Below are positions 1 to 9,447 of a DNA stretch of 64,000 nt, piece by piece. Each line of letters opens with the position of its first letter. The stretch's first letter is position 1. The translations under genes were made by a program, and so were the position numbers. Location of the stretch: contig DATDQB010000020.1 in NCBI GenBank assembly GCA_035292445.1, positions 91,484 to 155,483 on the forward strand, written 5' to 3'. This DNA is from Candidatus Omnitrophota bacterium. GTDB lineage: Bacteria; Omnitrophota; Gorgyraeia; Zapsychrales; Zapsychraceae. The notes beneath the pieces are model-generated. The model did no database searches, was not told where the DNA came from, and saw only the letters and a list, made by a program, of their open reading frames with translations.

Positions 1-921
1 GATTTTGCCGTAATGTAATGCAGCCATTCGGCATTAGGCTTTTCAATCGCTTGGGTTGTAATATTAATGATTTTCCCGTATTTCCGCTCCGCCATAATAG
101 GGACGACGCATTTTTGGATATTAAAAATCCCTTTAATATTCATATCAAGGTGTCCCTGAATATCATCCCATTTCAAATCGCTGAGTTTAATGTTAGGGAT
201 GTCTTTTGCGGCGCAATTAACAACAAGAGTGATTATCTGAAATTGGCGACAAATCTTATTTACCATTTCCTCAACCTGTTGAAAATCGACAACATCTCCA
301 TTAACCACAATGGCCTTTCTTCCTAAGCCGATAATCTGTTTCTGAATTTCTTGAGCAAGAGCTTTGTTTTGATGATAATGGATGGCAATGTCAAACCCAT
401 CTTTGGCTAACTGTAAACACACTTCCCGGCCGATACCTCCGGTCCCTCCGATAACAAGGGCAATACGCTTATCATCTTTCTTATCTTTTGCCTTCGAGGG
501 TACGGTCTTCTGTTCGACGACCTTGACCTTAGCCGTCCCGGTCGTGACTTTTTGGTTATTTTGATTAAAGATATCCGTTTTTAATTCAATCGTTCTTGTT
601 CTTTCAATCTTATTAAGAATTTCTACTTTGACCGTTATGGTATCACCCACTCTGACGGGAGACAGGAACTCCAAATTTTGGGAAAACCATACCGCTCCGT
701 CCCCCGGCAGTTTTGTGCCGATCACCGTAGAGATAAAAGAAGCTCCCAGCATGCCGTGAACAACGGGTTTCTTATAAGACGTTTTTCCGCTATATTCCTT
801 GTCCACATGGATCTTATTGTCGTCACCGGTCAACTCAACAAACTGGTCAATATCCGATTGAGTGATTTTATGCCGAAGTTCGGCCTTATCGCCAATCTTT
901 AATGATTCAAATCTGTTCATG
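1..921 (-). CDS. MaoC-like (R)-hydratase hotdog domain fused to short-chain dehydrogenase/reductase (3' end beyond window edge, partial)
   Basis: The reverse-strand translation from the ATG at 919-921 reads MNRFESLKIGDKAELRHKITQSDIDQFVELTGDDNKIHVD, a typical MaoC/PhaJ hotdog N-terminus. A classic SDR Rossmann motif KRIALVIGGTGGIGRE follows at about 430-480. There is no minus-strand stop before position 1. The overlapping plus-strand ORFs at 18-902 are antisense artefacts. Confidence 0.7.
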
Positions 922-950
922 TTATATTAGCCTCATTGGAGGTTTTGTTA

Positions 951-2069
951 TTAAGTTTTATAAAAAGACCTGCTCATTTCAATTACCCGTTCAACATTTT
1001 CCAATGGCTGAACCGGGCCACAGGGTAAATACATCCCCTGCTGACTAAAAGTAAGAGAATTTGGCATATCGTCTTGTTTGCCCAAATACCCTGAAATGTC
1101 TAGGCTCGGCGGAACCGGACGGACTTGAATGCCTTCTGAAAGTAAATACTTAATAAGCTCTTGTCTATTCGGGCACAAAACTTCGGCATATAGCGGAATC
1201 TCCCCTTCTGAAACATTAATAGGAATGACCTTCAAAAAAGATGAATTCTTTAAGCCTTCTGCATATCGCCCGTATACTTTCTTTAGATGAGCAACCCGTT
1301 CCTTGACACGCGCCAACTGCACCAGCCCGAATGAGGCCAACAGATCCGTGAATTTAAAATTTAATCCCATTTGGTTCCACGTGTCTGTAAAGTTATCAAC
1401 GACACCATGATTTTTCATCAATTTCATCTTTTCATACAAATCTTTCCTTTTCGTCACGACAAAACCGCCTTGCCCTGTCGATATGAGTTTGCTGACACCC
1501 AAAGAGAAACATCCAATATCCGACTGAGTCCCCAGGAATCCATCGGCATTCTTTGAATAAAAGGCTTGAGCCGCATCTTCGACCACGGACAAACCATGCT
1601 CCTTAGCGATATTTTGAATCTCCCGCATATTGACGGCCCGGCCATTAAGGTGGACAGGCATGATGACTTTTGTCTTTGCCGTGATCTTACTTCTAAGCAA
1701 TGATACATCCATAATAGGAATGTCGGCTCGGACATCAACCAGTTTGACCTTTGCCCCAACCATTAAAGCAGCATGAGCGGTGGCGATCCAGGTACGGTTA
1801 GGAACGATGACTTCATCATCCTGCCCGATACCTAAAGCCATAAGAGCAAGAAGAAGCGCAACACTGCCGCTGGTCGTCATCACGACATAGGGAATTCCCA
1901 GAGTTTCAGCCAGCTGTTTCTCAAGTTTTTGGGTCAGGGGGCCTTCACTAATATGCTCATTAAGAACAGCCTCCCTTAGACTTTGCACTTCCTCATCCGT
2001 GAAGGATGTACGCCACCAGGAAATCATCTGTCGTTGTTGATATTGAATATTGGTTTCCATTTTTTCCAT
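951..2069 (-). CDS. PLP-dependent sugar aminotransferase, DegT/DnrJ/EryC1/StrS family
   Basis: 372-aa ORF with the family-typical length and the SLGVSKLISTGQGG motif, in which Lys is the PLP-binding residue (so not the His-containing E1 dehydrase type). It lies in a sugar-modification operon. Confidence 0.85.
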   Translation of the reverse strand: MEKMETNIQYQQRQMISWWRTSFTDEEVQSLREAVLNEHISEGPLTQKLEKQLAETLGIPYVVMTTSGSVALLLALMALGIGQDDEVIVPNRTWIATAHAALMVGAKVKLVDVRADIPIMDVSLLRSKITAKTKVIMPVHLNGRAVNMREIQNIAKEHGLSVVEDAAQAFYSKNADGFLGTQSDIGCFSLGVSKLISTGQGGFVVTKRKDLYEKMKLMKNHGVVDNFTDTWNQMGLNFKFTDLLASFGLVQLARVKERVAHLKKVYGRYAEGLKNSSFLKVIPINVSEGEIPLYAEVLCPNRQELIKYLLSEGIQVRPVPPSLDISGYLGKQDDMPNSLTFSQQGMYLPCGPVQPLENVERVIEMSRSFYKT

Positions 2070-2070
2070 T

Positions 2071-3354
2071 TTAAATTGAGTTGGATGTTGCCATCATTTG
2101 CTTCGAATCCTGATTGATCACCATAAATTCCGGTTGAGGCACAATAAATTGCCCGCCATTGTTTAAATATTCTTGATGTTTTCTGATAATCGATTCCTGA
2201 TATCGCCATGCCAGGATCAAAACATAATCCGGATTTTTCTCATATAAAACATCTGAGCTCATTACCGGAAGATGGTGTCCCGGTGTATAAAGGTCGAACC
2301 TAGCCGGATTGTCATCAACGATAAGGCTCAGATAATCAGCTAATTCGAATAAATAAATCAGGGTCGTTACACCCACAGAGGCACCGTATCCTGCGATTGT
2401 TTTTCCTTCCGATTTAATTCTTTGACAAAGGGTCAGTAATTTTCTCTTTAATTCAAATACATCGTTAGAAAAACGTTCATAGGTCTCTCCTGAATTAATC
2501 CCATAATCCTTCTCATCATCGATCATTCGATCGACCGAAGAAGAAACCTTGTGAGCGGCATTCTTAACCCTCGCGAAACAACGCAATGAGCCTCCCTTTG
2601 AAGAAATACGCTCGACATCTGTCAATACCATCCCATAACGGTTAAACAGATTTTGCAAAGATAGCACGGTAAAATAAGATAAATGTTCATGATAGATCGT
2701 ATCGACAAGCCGATATTTTATAAGGTCCGTTCCATAGCCTGTTTCAAAAACAAAATATCCGGAAGGATCCAGTACCGTCTTTATTCCATTGATAAAGGCT
2801 CCTAAGTCATCTATATTGGCAAAAACATTATTGGCCGTGATAATTTTTGCGCAGCCGCGTTTCTGTTTTATCTTCTGTGCAAGAGAAGGTGAGAAATATT
2901 CCTGCCACGTTTCGATCCCCGCCTCTTGTGCATGCTGCGAGGCCTTAGGTGCGGGATCTATGCCCAAAACGCTCAGCCCCTGTTTCTTAAAAAACTTCAA
3001 CAAGGTGCCGTCGTTACTTCCGATATCAACAACCAATTGCCCTGCCAAAGGCTTAACCTTATTAATGACATCATCGGAATATTCTTCAAAGTGCTGAACA
3101 AGACCTTTTGAAATGGAGGTCTCATAAATATAATTGCCGTACAAAATGGTTGGATCAACGACTTCCATTAATTGAATAGCCGTGCATTGCCGACAAATAA
3201 ACAGATCAAGGGAATAAGATTCCTGCGATTTATTAAGATTATCGGCTGTGACATACGAATCCCCTACCGGGGTCGAGGGCATCTTCAGCGCACACTCGAG
3301 ATTCCGGCTGTTACAAATTCGACATGTCTTTCGTTTGATTACGCTGTGACCCAT
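2071..3354 (-). CDS. NDP-sugar C-methyltransferase, TylCIII-like architecture (N-terminal Zn ribbon, SAM methyltransferase domain, C-terminal C-methyltransferase domain)
   Basis: 427 aa. N-terminal Cys pairs CRIC...CRQC, a central class-I methyltransferase fold (VVDIGSNDG) and a C-terminal extension of family-typical length. Confidence 0.65.
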   Translation of the reverse strand: MGHSVIKRKTCRICNSRNLECALKMPSTPVGDSYVTADNLNKSQESYSLDLFICRQCTAIQLMEVVDPTILYGNYIYETSISKGLVQHFEEYSDDVINKVKPLAGQLVVDIGSNDGTLLKFFKKQGLSVLGIDPAPKASQHAQEAGIETWQEYFSPSLAQKIKQKRGCAKIITANNVFANIDDLGAFINGIKTVLDPSGYFVFETGYGTDLIKYRLVDTIYHEHLSYFTVLSLQNLFNRYGMVLTDVERISSKGGSLRCFARVKNAAHKVSSSVDRMIDDEKDYGINSGETYERFSNDVFELKRKLLTLCQRIKSEGKTIAGYGASVGVTTLIYLFELADYLSLIVDDNPARFDLYTPGHHLPVMSSDVLYEKNPDYVLILAWRYQESIIRKHQEYLNNGGQFIVPQPEFMVINQDSKQMMATSNSI

Positions 3355-3370
3355 TGTACGAGAATCCTTT

Positions 3371-3925
3371 TTACCTAAATACCTTTAAAGCGCTTTGTTT
3401 CTCTTTAGATTCACTCACATACTGCGTTAATTGACGCATATAGCTTGTGACCTTTTCAGCCTCTTTCTCGTCCGGAGCCCAGGGGGCAAATAGTGTTTCT
3501 TCTCGCCGAAAAGGCCCTTTGGTCGTCTCATGAAAGACCAAAAAGTCCGAATAAATCAAAAGCGTATGGTACAAAGGTCTATTTAATCGGTAATAAAAAT
3601 TTAAGTCCGATGCATAATCGCCCATCGGGATTATCTCTTGAATAACGCCTTCTTCACCAAACATAACAACATCAACCTGCCCTTCCATGACATGAAACGA
3701 TTCCGATTTTCCAAGGTGCTTGTGGGGTCGGACATAGGTGTCCTTCGTGTGAATAATCAGCATTTCATGCAACGTATCCTCCACATCCCGATGCGAACAT
3801 AAACGGATCCGTTGGCGCGGATTTCTTAAAGCCTCTTTCTTCAGGAAATCAATATCCGCGGCAGATACCCGCGTGATCTCTTCATCCGTGTAAAGAACCT
3901 CATCATTGAATTTCTTGAATTTCAT
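3371..3925 (-). CDS. cupin-fold protein (WbuC-like, possible sugar epimerase/isomerase)
   Basis: Cupin motif 1 is present as PHKHLGKSESFHVMEG (HxH-x4-E-x6-G). 184 aa, located between two C-methyltransferase genes. Confidence 0.55.
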   Translation of the reverse strand: MKFKKFNDEVLYTDEEITRVSAADIDFLKKEALRNPRQRIRLCSHRDVEDTLHEMLIIHTKDTYVRPHKHLGKSESFHVMEGQVDVVMFGEEGVIQEIIPMGDYASDLNFYYRLNRPLYHTLLIYSDFLVFHETTKGPFRREETLFAPWAPDEKEAEKVTSYMRQLTQYVSESKEKQSALKVFR

Positions 3926-5133
3926 GGCCGCGCTTCCACTGGATTTAATTGCAGGGCGTGTTTGCTTCCCGGGAAAATGGAAGCAAATGTGCCTCCCTGC
4001 TCAAGGAACGTTTGATTGAGTTTCATGACCTTTTCTTCACTCAAAGGATTCAGACTTAAAAGGCATAAATTGATTTTTTCCTTTATTAACGCTGCTGATT
4101 TATAAATAGGCAGACCACAACCGGCCATGAAAAGCCCTGTTTTGTTAGGATCGTCATCGACAAAAAATTCAATCAAGCCTCGCAGCTCGAACATGACGAC
4201 ATACGTGCAAGCCAAATGTCCTGCTCCGAAAAGGGCAATCTTTCCGGTATTTTTTCGGTAATCGCTCAAGAATTCCCTTAACTGCTTTTTGCGGACAGGA
4301 AAATTGTCGACGAACCTTTTCATGCGTAAAAATTCCGTCTGTGGAACCGATGTAAACTGATTCTTTTCTTCTCTGAGCTGACATATGCTGACCAACGAAT
4401 TTTCAAAAGGATAAGGATAATTTTCAAAACCGGCCAGGGAAAGGCCTAAATGACCGAACGTCCCTCTAAAAGTTTCAGGGGTAAAGTACAATGTATGTTC
4501 TTCCCAAAGGGTCGTGTAATCCAACAAATCAATCGCCCGCGAACAATCCGGGACTTCAAAAACGATATAGCCGTTGGGGCTTGTCAAAATTTTAAGCGCT
4601 TCCACAAATGAATTGATGTCGTACACATGCTCTAGAATATGACGCGCGATAACCACATCAAAACTTCCTTTTTTGCTTCTTATATCCCGAGCTCTCTGCG
4701 GTGTGAGCCGACCCTGAATCGTCTCGACCCCGGCCCCTTTAAAATCAATACCAAGATCATTCTTCATGTCCAAGCGGTAAATTTTTTTGTACCCTTTGTT
4801 TTCAAAACGCTGTAAGGTGGAGTCATCCTTAAAGGTAACTCCGCAAAATGTTGAACCTGTATGAATCCCGGGAAGTTTTAAAATCTTCTCCACCATGCCA
4901 TCAAGATGCGGTTCAGGCTCGTTGTACTTGATCCAGTCATAGGTTGGGACCAACTTCGGCGCCGGAACGCTTTTTGTCAGCTGAACCGTTGAGCAATGGC
5001 CGCACTGCCCCAAAGCCAGAGAGAATGTTTCTTCCTGATCATGCGCTTTCTTCTTGTAGCGATTCGAGATCGGAAAACTCCCGAAATCAATCATTTCCTT
5101 AAGCTCATTTTGGGCGCAAATACGGCAGTTCAT
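3922..5133 (-). CDS. second TylCIII-type C-methyltransferase paralog
   Basis: 403 aa. N-terminal CRIC...CGHC Zn ribbon and the same three-part architecture as 2071-3354. Its 3' end overlaps the start of the cupin gene by 4 nt. Confidence 0.6.
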   Translation of the reverse strand: MNCRICAQNELKEMIDFGSFPISNRYKKKAHDQEETFSLALGQCGHCSTVQLTKSVPAPKLVPTYDWIKYNEPEPHLDGMVEKILKLPGIHTGSTFCGVTFKDDSTLQRFENKGYKKIYRLDMKNDLGIDFKGAGVETIQGRLTPQRARDIRSKKGSFDVVIARHILEHVYDINSFVEALKILTSPNGYIVFEVPDCSRAIDLLDYTTLWEEHTLYFTPETFRGTFGHLGLSLAGFENYPYPFENSLVSICQLREEKNQFTSVPQTEFLRMKRFVDNFPVRKKQLREFLSDYRKNTGKIALFGAGHLACTYVVMFELRGLIEFFVDDDPNKTGLFMAGCGLPIYKSAALIKEKINLCLLSLNPLSEEKVMKLNQTFLEQGGTFASIFPGSKHALQLNPVEARP

Positions 5134-6011
5134 GTTTTTATCAATTCCTGTTTATGTATTTCATACATTAGACGAATACCCTCTTTCAAAGTAGTAAATG
5201 AACGATCACCAACAATTGATCTTAATCGTTCATTGTTAAAGGCGTTATCGACCTTTTCCTTGCTACGCGGCCGGGAGGTCACCTTTAATTCGCTTTGAAG
5301 CGTCCGGGAAACTTCCTTAAGAGCATCTCTGAATGAATAGCTTTTCCCGCTGGCAACATTTACCACGCCGCCGTAATCAGACGTTATGATTTTCTGAACA
5401 ATCTCGACAATGTCATCAACATAAATAAACTCCCGCAATTCGCTGCCATCGCCCCATAATGTGATTTCCTTGCCGGCGATGGCAGACTGCAAAAAGCCAC
5501 TTGGCCCATAGGCATTCGACATATCACCTGGCCCGTAAATCGTCGCCGGCCGCAAAATAACCAGCGATTTTTCGGCTGCTTTCCATAACAGCCGCTCCGA
5601 ACTGAACTTCGCCATGCCGTAATATGACCTGGGATTCACCGGCGTCTCTTCCGTGATCTGAAGGCTGTGCACATCTTCCCCATAAACCGCGGCGGAACTG
5701 AAATAAATGAACCGCTTCACCGGATTCTTTTCAAGGACACGGCAAAGATTGGTCGTCATCAGCATATTCTTTTCATACGCTTCCAAGGTATCGCCCATCT
5801 GACGTTTGATAAAAGCGCACATAATAACAGCAGTTTGACGGTCAAGGACATTGGCCAGTTGGGCAGCCTGGTCAATACGGGTCAGGTCCATCTGCGGCAA
5901 GTCGTACCCGACCACCCTTGTTTCAGAGAATCGTTGACGGAAACTCTCTTCTAAATGAGCTCCAATAAACCCACCGTTTCCTAAAATGATTATCTTTCGA
6001 ATCTCATCCAT
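5130..6011 (-). CDS. NAD(P)-dependent epimerase/dehydratase (extended SDR)
   Basis: GNGGFIG Rossmann motif and a YYGMAK catalytic Tyr/Lys pair. 293 aa. Confidence 0.75.
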   Translation of the reverse strand: MDEIRKIIILGNGGFIGAHLEESFRQRFSETRVVGYDLPQMDLTRIDQAAQLANVLDRQTAVIMCAFIKRQMGDTLEAYEKNMLMTTNLCRVLEKNPVKRFIYFSSAAVYGEDVHSLQITEETPVNPRSYYGMAKFSSERLLWKAAEKSLVILRPATIYGPGDMSNAYGPSGFLQSAIAGKEITLWGDGSELREFIYVDDIVEIVQKIITSDYGGVVNVASGKSYSFRDALKEVSRTLQSELKVTSRPRSKEKVDNAFNNERLRSIVGDRSFTTLKEGIRLMYEIHKQELIKT

Positions 6012-6014
6012 CCC

Positions 6015-7166
6015 TTAACTCTCCATGGCGATGATACACCGCCCCATTTGCCCGCTGCGCATCGTTTCAAGGGCCCGGTTGATTTCAGCTAAACGGAATT
6101 CATGGGTAATTAGGCCGTCGAGCTTTAATTTTCCTTGGCCGTACAACCGGATCAGGCGTGGAATCTCAATATGTGGGTCAACACTGCCGCCGTGCGATCC
6201 TTTTAAGATCTTCTTGAAATGCAACGGAAGCGTGTAAATCGAAACGTTATCTCCCTTTCGCGGGACGCCCACCAGAATGGTCTTCCCGTCCGCATGGGTC
6301 AACTCATAAGCCTGCTCAATGACCCTGGCATTGCCTGTTGTATCGATCACCACATCCGCCCCCTTACCGCCGACCACCTGCTGGATGCGCGCGTTCAGGT
6401 CTTTTGTTGTCTTGGCATTAAAGGTCTGGGTTGCGCCAAATTGTTTTGCCAGATCCAATTTTGAATCGTGAAGATCGATCGCAATAATCTCACCGGCTGA
6501 AACCATCTGGGCTGCCTGCACGATATTCAATCCCACGCCTCCCACCCCAAAGACAACCACTGATTGGCCGATCTTTACTTGGGCGTCGTTGTTGATGACC
6601 CCCATCGCGGTTGTCACCGCGCAGCCGAATAATGGGGCAAGCTTCAGGTCAAAATCCTTCGGGATGGCCGTAAGGCGGTTCTCCGAAACAACGGCGCGTT
6701 CATTAAAGGTCGTCACCCAGCCGGCGTTAACAGTCCTTTCCCCCCATTTGTACTTGGGCGGTTCGCACTGCAAGCCATCACTCGGCCGCCAATGCATGAC
6801 AACATGGTCGCCCACAGCGACCGTTTTGACGCCCGGTCCTACGGCTTCAACTATCCCTGAGCCTTCATGCCCCAACAGATGCGGCAGGAATTTGTCCGGC
6901 CCCTTCGCCCCTTCGATCTCATTTATTTGGGCCCCGCAGATCCCGCTATAACAGACCTTTACCAGAACTTGTCCGAAAGAAAGCTCCTTCGGCAATTCAA
7001 TGTCAGCCACCACCAGCGATTTATTCAGTTCAACCAAAATGGCTGCCCTGGTTGTCTTCACAGACTTGATATCCTGTGTCTTTAACGTTTCATTCGAAGT
7101 AGATAAACTCATAGTCCCCCGTGTAACCAAAATGTTTGTAGAGCCAGACCCATTCTTCTTTGTCAA
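6015..7166 (-). CDS. zinc-dependent alcohol dehydrogenase (MDR family)
   Basis: GHEGSGIVEAVG zinc-ADH signature and a GVGGVGL NAD-binding motif. An alternative start at Met18 (7112) would reduce the overlap with the upstream methyltransferase gene. Confidence 0.8.
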   Translation of the reverse strand: MTKKNGSGSTNILVTRGTMSLSTSNETLKTQDIKSVKTTRAAILVELNKSLVVADIELPKELSFGQVLVKVCYSGICGAQINEIEGAKGPDKFLPHLLGHEGSGIVEAVGPGVKTVAVGDHVVMHWRPSDGLQCEPPKYKWGERTVNAGWVTTFNERAVVSENRLTAIPKDFDLKLAPLFGCAVTTAMGVINNDAQVKIGQSVVVFGVGGVGLNIVQAAQMVSAGEIIAIDLHDSKLDLAKQFGATQTFNAKTTKDLNARIQQVVGGKGADVVIDTTGNARVIEQAYELTHADGKTILVGVPRKGDNVSIYTLPLHFKKILKGSHGGSVDPHIEIPRLIRLYGQGKLKLDGLITHEFRLAEINRALETMRSGQMGRCIIAMES

Positions 7167-7752
7167 AGAACGATTCGCACGTCAGGGCCCAGCACTGTAA
7201 GTTAAACAATTCTTGTTCATTTTTGTAGCTTTCCAGCATGATATATTTGTTTTTCCCGACCCGCTCGATCTCATTAATGGCTGTTTCCAATTCAAAGATG
7301 CGCAGATTATGCAAACAACCTAACGTGATCACCAGGTCAAAATGTTTGTCATCAAAAGGGTAAGGATCCTGGGCGCGGTGAATACGCAAGTACTTTCGAA
7401 TTTCTTGTGGTGCATCAGCTATGCCGTGCCTAGAGATATCAAACCCCACCACTTCTGAATCAGGCAGTAATTTCTTCAATTCAAAGAGAAGATGCGCTTT
7501 GCCGCAACCGACATCGAGAATTTTAGCGTCCGCTTTTAGGTTGTAATAATCGATAAGTTTTTGCGCGACAACACTCCATCGCCCGTCATATTTATAACCG
7601 CCATAACCATAGCGCCGGTCGCCGTCCCAGTAATCAAACTCATACTCTTTGGCCTTGAGCATGCAATGGACCTTCTCATCAACCATGCGGTCGATGTATT
7701 TGCGCGGCGTCCTTTTATGCAGCGGCGTTACAAAATCTTGTAATGAACCCAT
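7090..7752 (-). CDS. class I SAM-dependent methyltransferase
   Basis: ILDVGCGKAHLL SAM-binding motif I. 220 aa. Confidence 0.7.
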   Translation of the reverse strand: MGSLQDFVTPLHKRTPRKYIDRMVDEKVHCMLKAKEYEFDYWDGDRRYGYGGYKYDGRWSVVAQKLIDYYNLKADAKILDVGCGKAHLLFELKKLLPDSEVVGFDISRHGIADAPQEIRKYLRIHRAQDPYPFDDKHFDLVITLGCLHNLRIFELETAINEIERVGKNKYIMLESYKNEQELFNLQCWALTCESFFDKEEWVWLYKHFGYTGDYEFIYFE

Positions 7753-7785
7753 TTTTGAAAACTCCTTGTAAACTGCCTAATGAAA

Positions 7786-8447
7786 TAACCAATAACCAAG
7801 ATGCAAGGTACAAACAATAACCAATATTCCAAATTTCAATTGTATTAATTCTCCACCTTTTTAATTATCGCAGAAAGAATATTCCTAAGTTCTGCCGCTT
7901 CCTTCAATAACAATTTGATTTCAATTGATTTTTCAGAATTAGCTTCTGATATTAAATCAAGCCAATGATGACATTCTTTAGCTTCTCTACGGCTTATTCT
8001 CAACCTTTGCAAAAAATCGTTTTTTCCCAATGCATCGTTGGCCTCACGATAATTAGCTCCTACAGAACCACTAGAACCAACAACTTGACTAATTAAGCGG
8101 TCATTTATTGGTCCTCTTGGCAACACTTTACACATTCGAATAACTTCTTTTGCAAACTTAGTTGTCCGCTCTTCCAAATCAAAAATTCTTGCCATCTTAT
8201 CCTCCATTTCACACTCGACGTTTTGCATTCTCTTTGAAAAATATTTAACGTTAATTTGATGTATTTCATGAAGCCATTCAAGCTTTCTCTTAACGGGAAT
8301 TTTCATAAAGCGGAGTAATCTTTCTTCATCGGTTTCCCAACTCCATGGATTACTCATTTCAATGCTCCAATTTCAGTAATCAATTCCTGTTTGATTATTA
8401 GAAAATTGGTTATTGTTTGGTCATTGTTTCTTGTATCTTGGTTATTT
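7786..8447. mobile_element. AT-rich cassette of about 660 bp flanked by imperfect ~45-bp terminal inverted repeats, carrying a four-helix-bundle (23S rRNA IVS family) gene
   Basis: The left end at 7786-7828 reads TAACCAATAACCAAGATGCAAGGTACAAACAATAACCAATATT. The reverse complement of the right end at 8404-8447 reads ATAACCAAGATACAAGAAACAATGACCAAACAATAACCAATTTT. By eye the interior GC content is clearly lower than in the flanking sugar genes. Confidence 0.45.
7845..8195 (-). CDS. four-helix-bundle protein (23S rRNA intervening-sequence protein family)
   Basis: The C-terminal 116 aa, MARIFDLEERTTKFAKEVIRMCKVLP...GANYREANDALGKNDFLQRLRISRREAKECHHWLDLI, match the family pattern. A strong GGAGGA RBS lies 5 nt upstream of the ATG at 8195. 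The 170-aa ORF extending to 8357 is probably an untranslated upstream extension. Confidence 0.65.
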   Translation of the reverse strand: MARIFDLEERTTKFAKEVIRMCKVLPRGPINDRLISQVVGSSGSVGANYREANDALGKNDFLQRLRISRREAKECHHWLDLISEANSEKSIEIKLLLKEAAELRNILSAIIKKVEN

Positions 8448-8451
8448 ATCA

Positions 8452-9447
8452 TCATTGTTTGAACACCTCATATTCGGGCAGTTCCGCTATCGGTTTTTTC
8501 GATAAGCGAAGGTGCCGGATCGACTGAACAATTGCCTCCGGTGAAATCCCTAAATACTCCATCAGGCTGTCCTGCGATCCGTACCGGTCCGGAAAAACAT
8601 CCTGGATACCAATACGTTTAAATTTCTTGGGCTGTTCAAAGTTCGCCTCGGCAATTGCCTCGGCCACCGCGCTGCCGAGCCCGCCGATAACGTTGTGCTC
8701 CTCTACAGATATAATGATGGGGATGTCTTTGGCATGTTTAAGCAAGGCCTCCCTATCAAACGGTTTAACCGTATGCATATGCAGGATGGTGGCATCCAAC
8801 CCGTCTTCTTTGAGGTTCCCAACGGCTTCTAGAGCCAATCGTAAAGTGATTCCTGTCGTGATGATCAAGGCATCCCTTCCTTGGCCGCGAACGATGGCCT
8901 TCCCGATTTGGAAGGGCGCATCGTCATTGGTCACGATAGGATCAAATCCTTTGGCCAAACGGATGTAGATCGGCCCGGGATAATCAACCGTTTGCGGCAT
9001 GAGCCTGCGCATTTCATCGGCATCAGCAACCGCTACGATCGTCATATTAGGCACGGCGCGCAATATGGCAAGATCATCGATAGCCAAATGCGTCGGCCCT
9101 AATGGCGCATAAACAAGCCCGCCGCCATTGGCAATAAGGCGGACATTTGTCTTATGCAGCCCGGCATCCAGCACGATCTGTTCAAAACAGCGCCTGGATA
9201 AAAATGTTGCGATCGTGTTTGCGTAAACGATTTTTCCCTCCAAAGCCAAGCCGGCCGCTACGCTCACAAGGTTGGCTTCGCTCACGCCTTCGATGATAAA
9301 CCGTTCAGGCATTTCCTTCTTGAACTGTTTCAAGGTATCCACGCCAGGGTCCGAACCGATGAAAAATATGCGCTCATCTTGCTTGGCCAGTTGATATACC
9401 ATGTCTAAACATGTTTTACGCATGCGCGTACTCCTTGAGCCCTTCAA
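8452..9447 (-). CDS. transketolase, C-terminal section (pyrimidine-binding and C-terminal domains) of a split transketolase
   Basis: 331 aa with the typical length and conserved blocks of split-transketolase subunit B. Its start overlaps the end of the partner subunit. Confidence 0.85.
   Translation of the reverse strand: MKGSRSTRMRKTCLDMVYQLAKQDERIFFIGSDPGVDTLKQFKKEMPERFIIEGVSEANLVSVAAGLALEGKIVYANTIATFLSRRCFEQIVLDAGLHKTNVRLIANGGGLVYAPLGPTHLAIDDLAILRAVPNMTIVAVADADEMRRLMPQTVDYPGPIYIRLAKGFDPIVTNDDAPFQIGKAIVRGQGRDALIITTGITLRLALEAVGNLKEDGLDATILHMHTVKPFDREALLKHAKDIPIIISVEEHNVIGGLGSAVAEAIAEANFEQPKKFKRIGIQDVFPDRYGSQDSLMEYLGISPEAIVQSIRHLRLSKKPIAELPEYEVFKQ

Noticed and set aside
18-902. Three plus-strand ORFs (18-326, 382-564, 678-902) at the window start
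   Set aside because: They lie antisense to a continuous minus-strand MaoC-SDR reading frame with clear domain motifs. They have no motifs and their composition is typical of antisense artefacts.
7845-8357. Full 170-aa ORF for the four-helix-bundle protein
   Set aside because: The family is about 115-125 aa. An internal ATG at 8195 has a strong GGAGGA RBS, so the N-terminal 54 codons are probably not translated.
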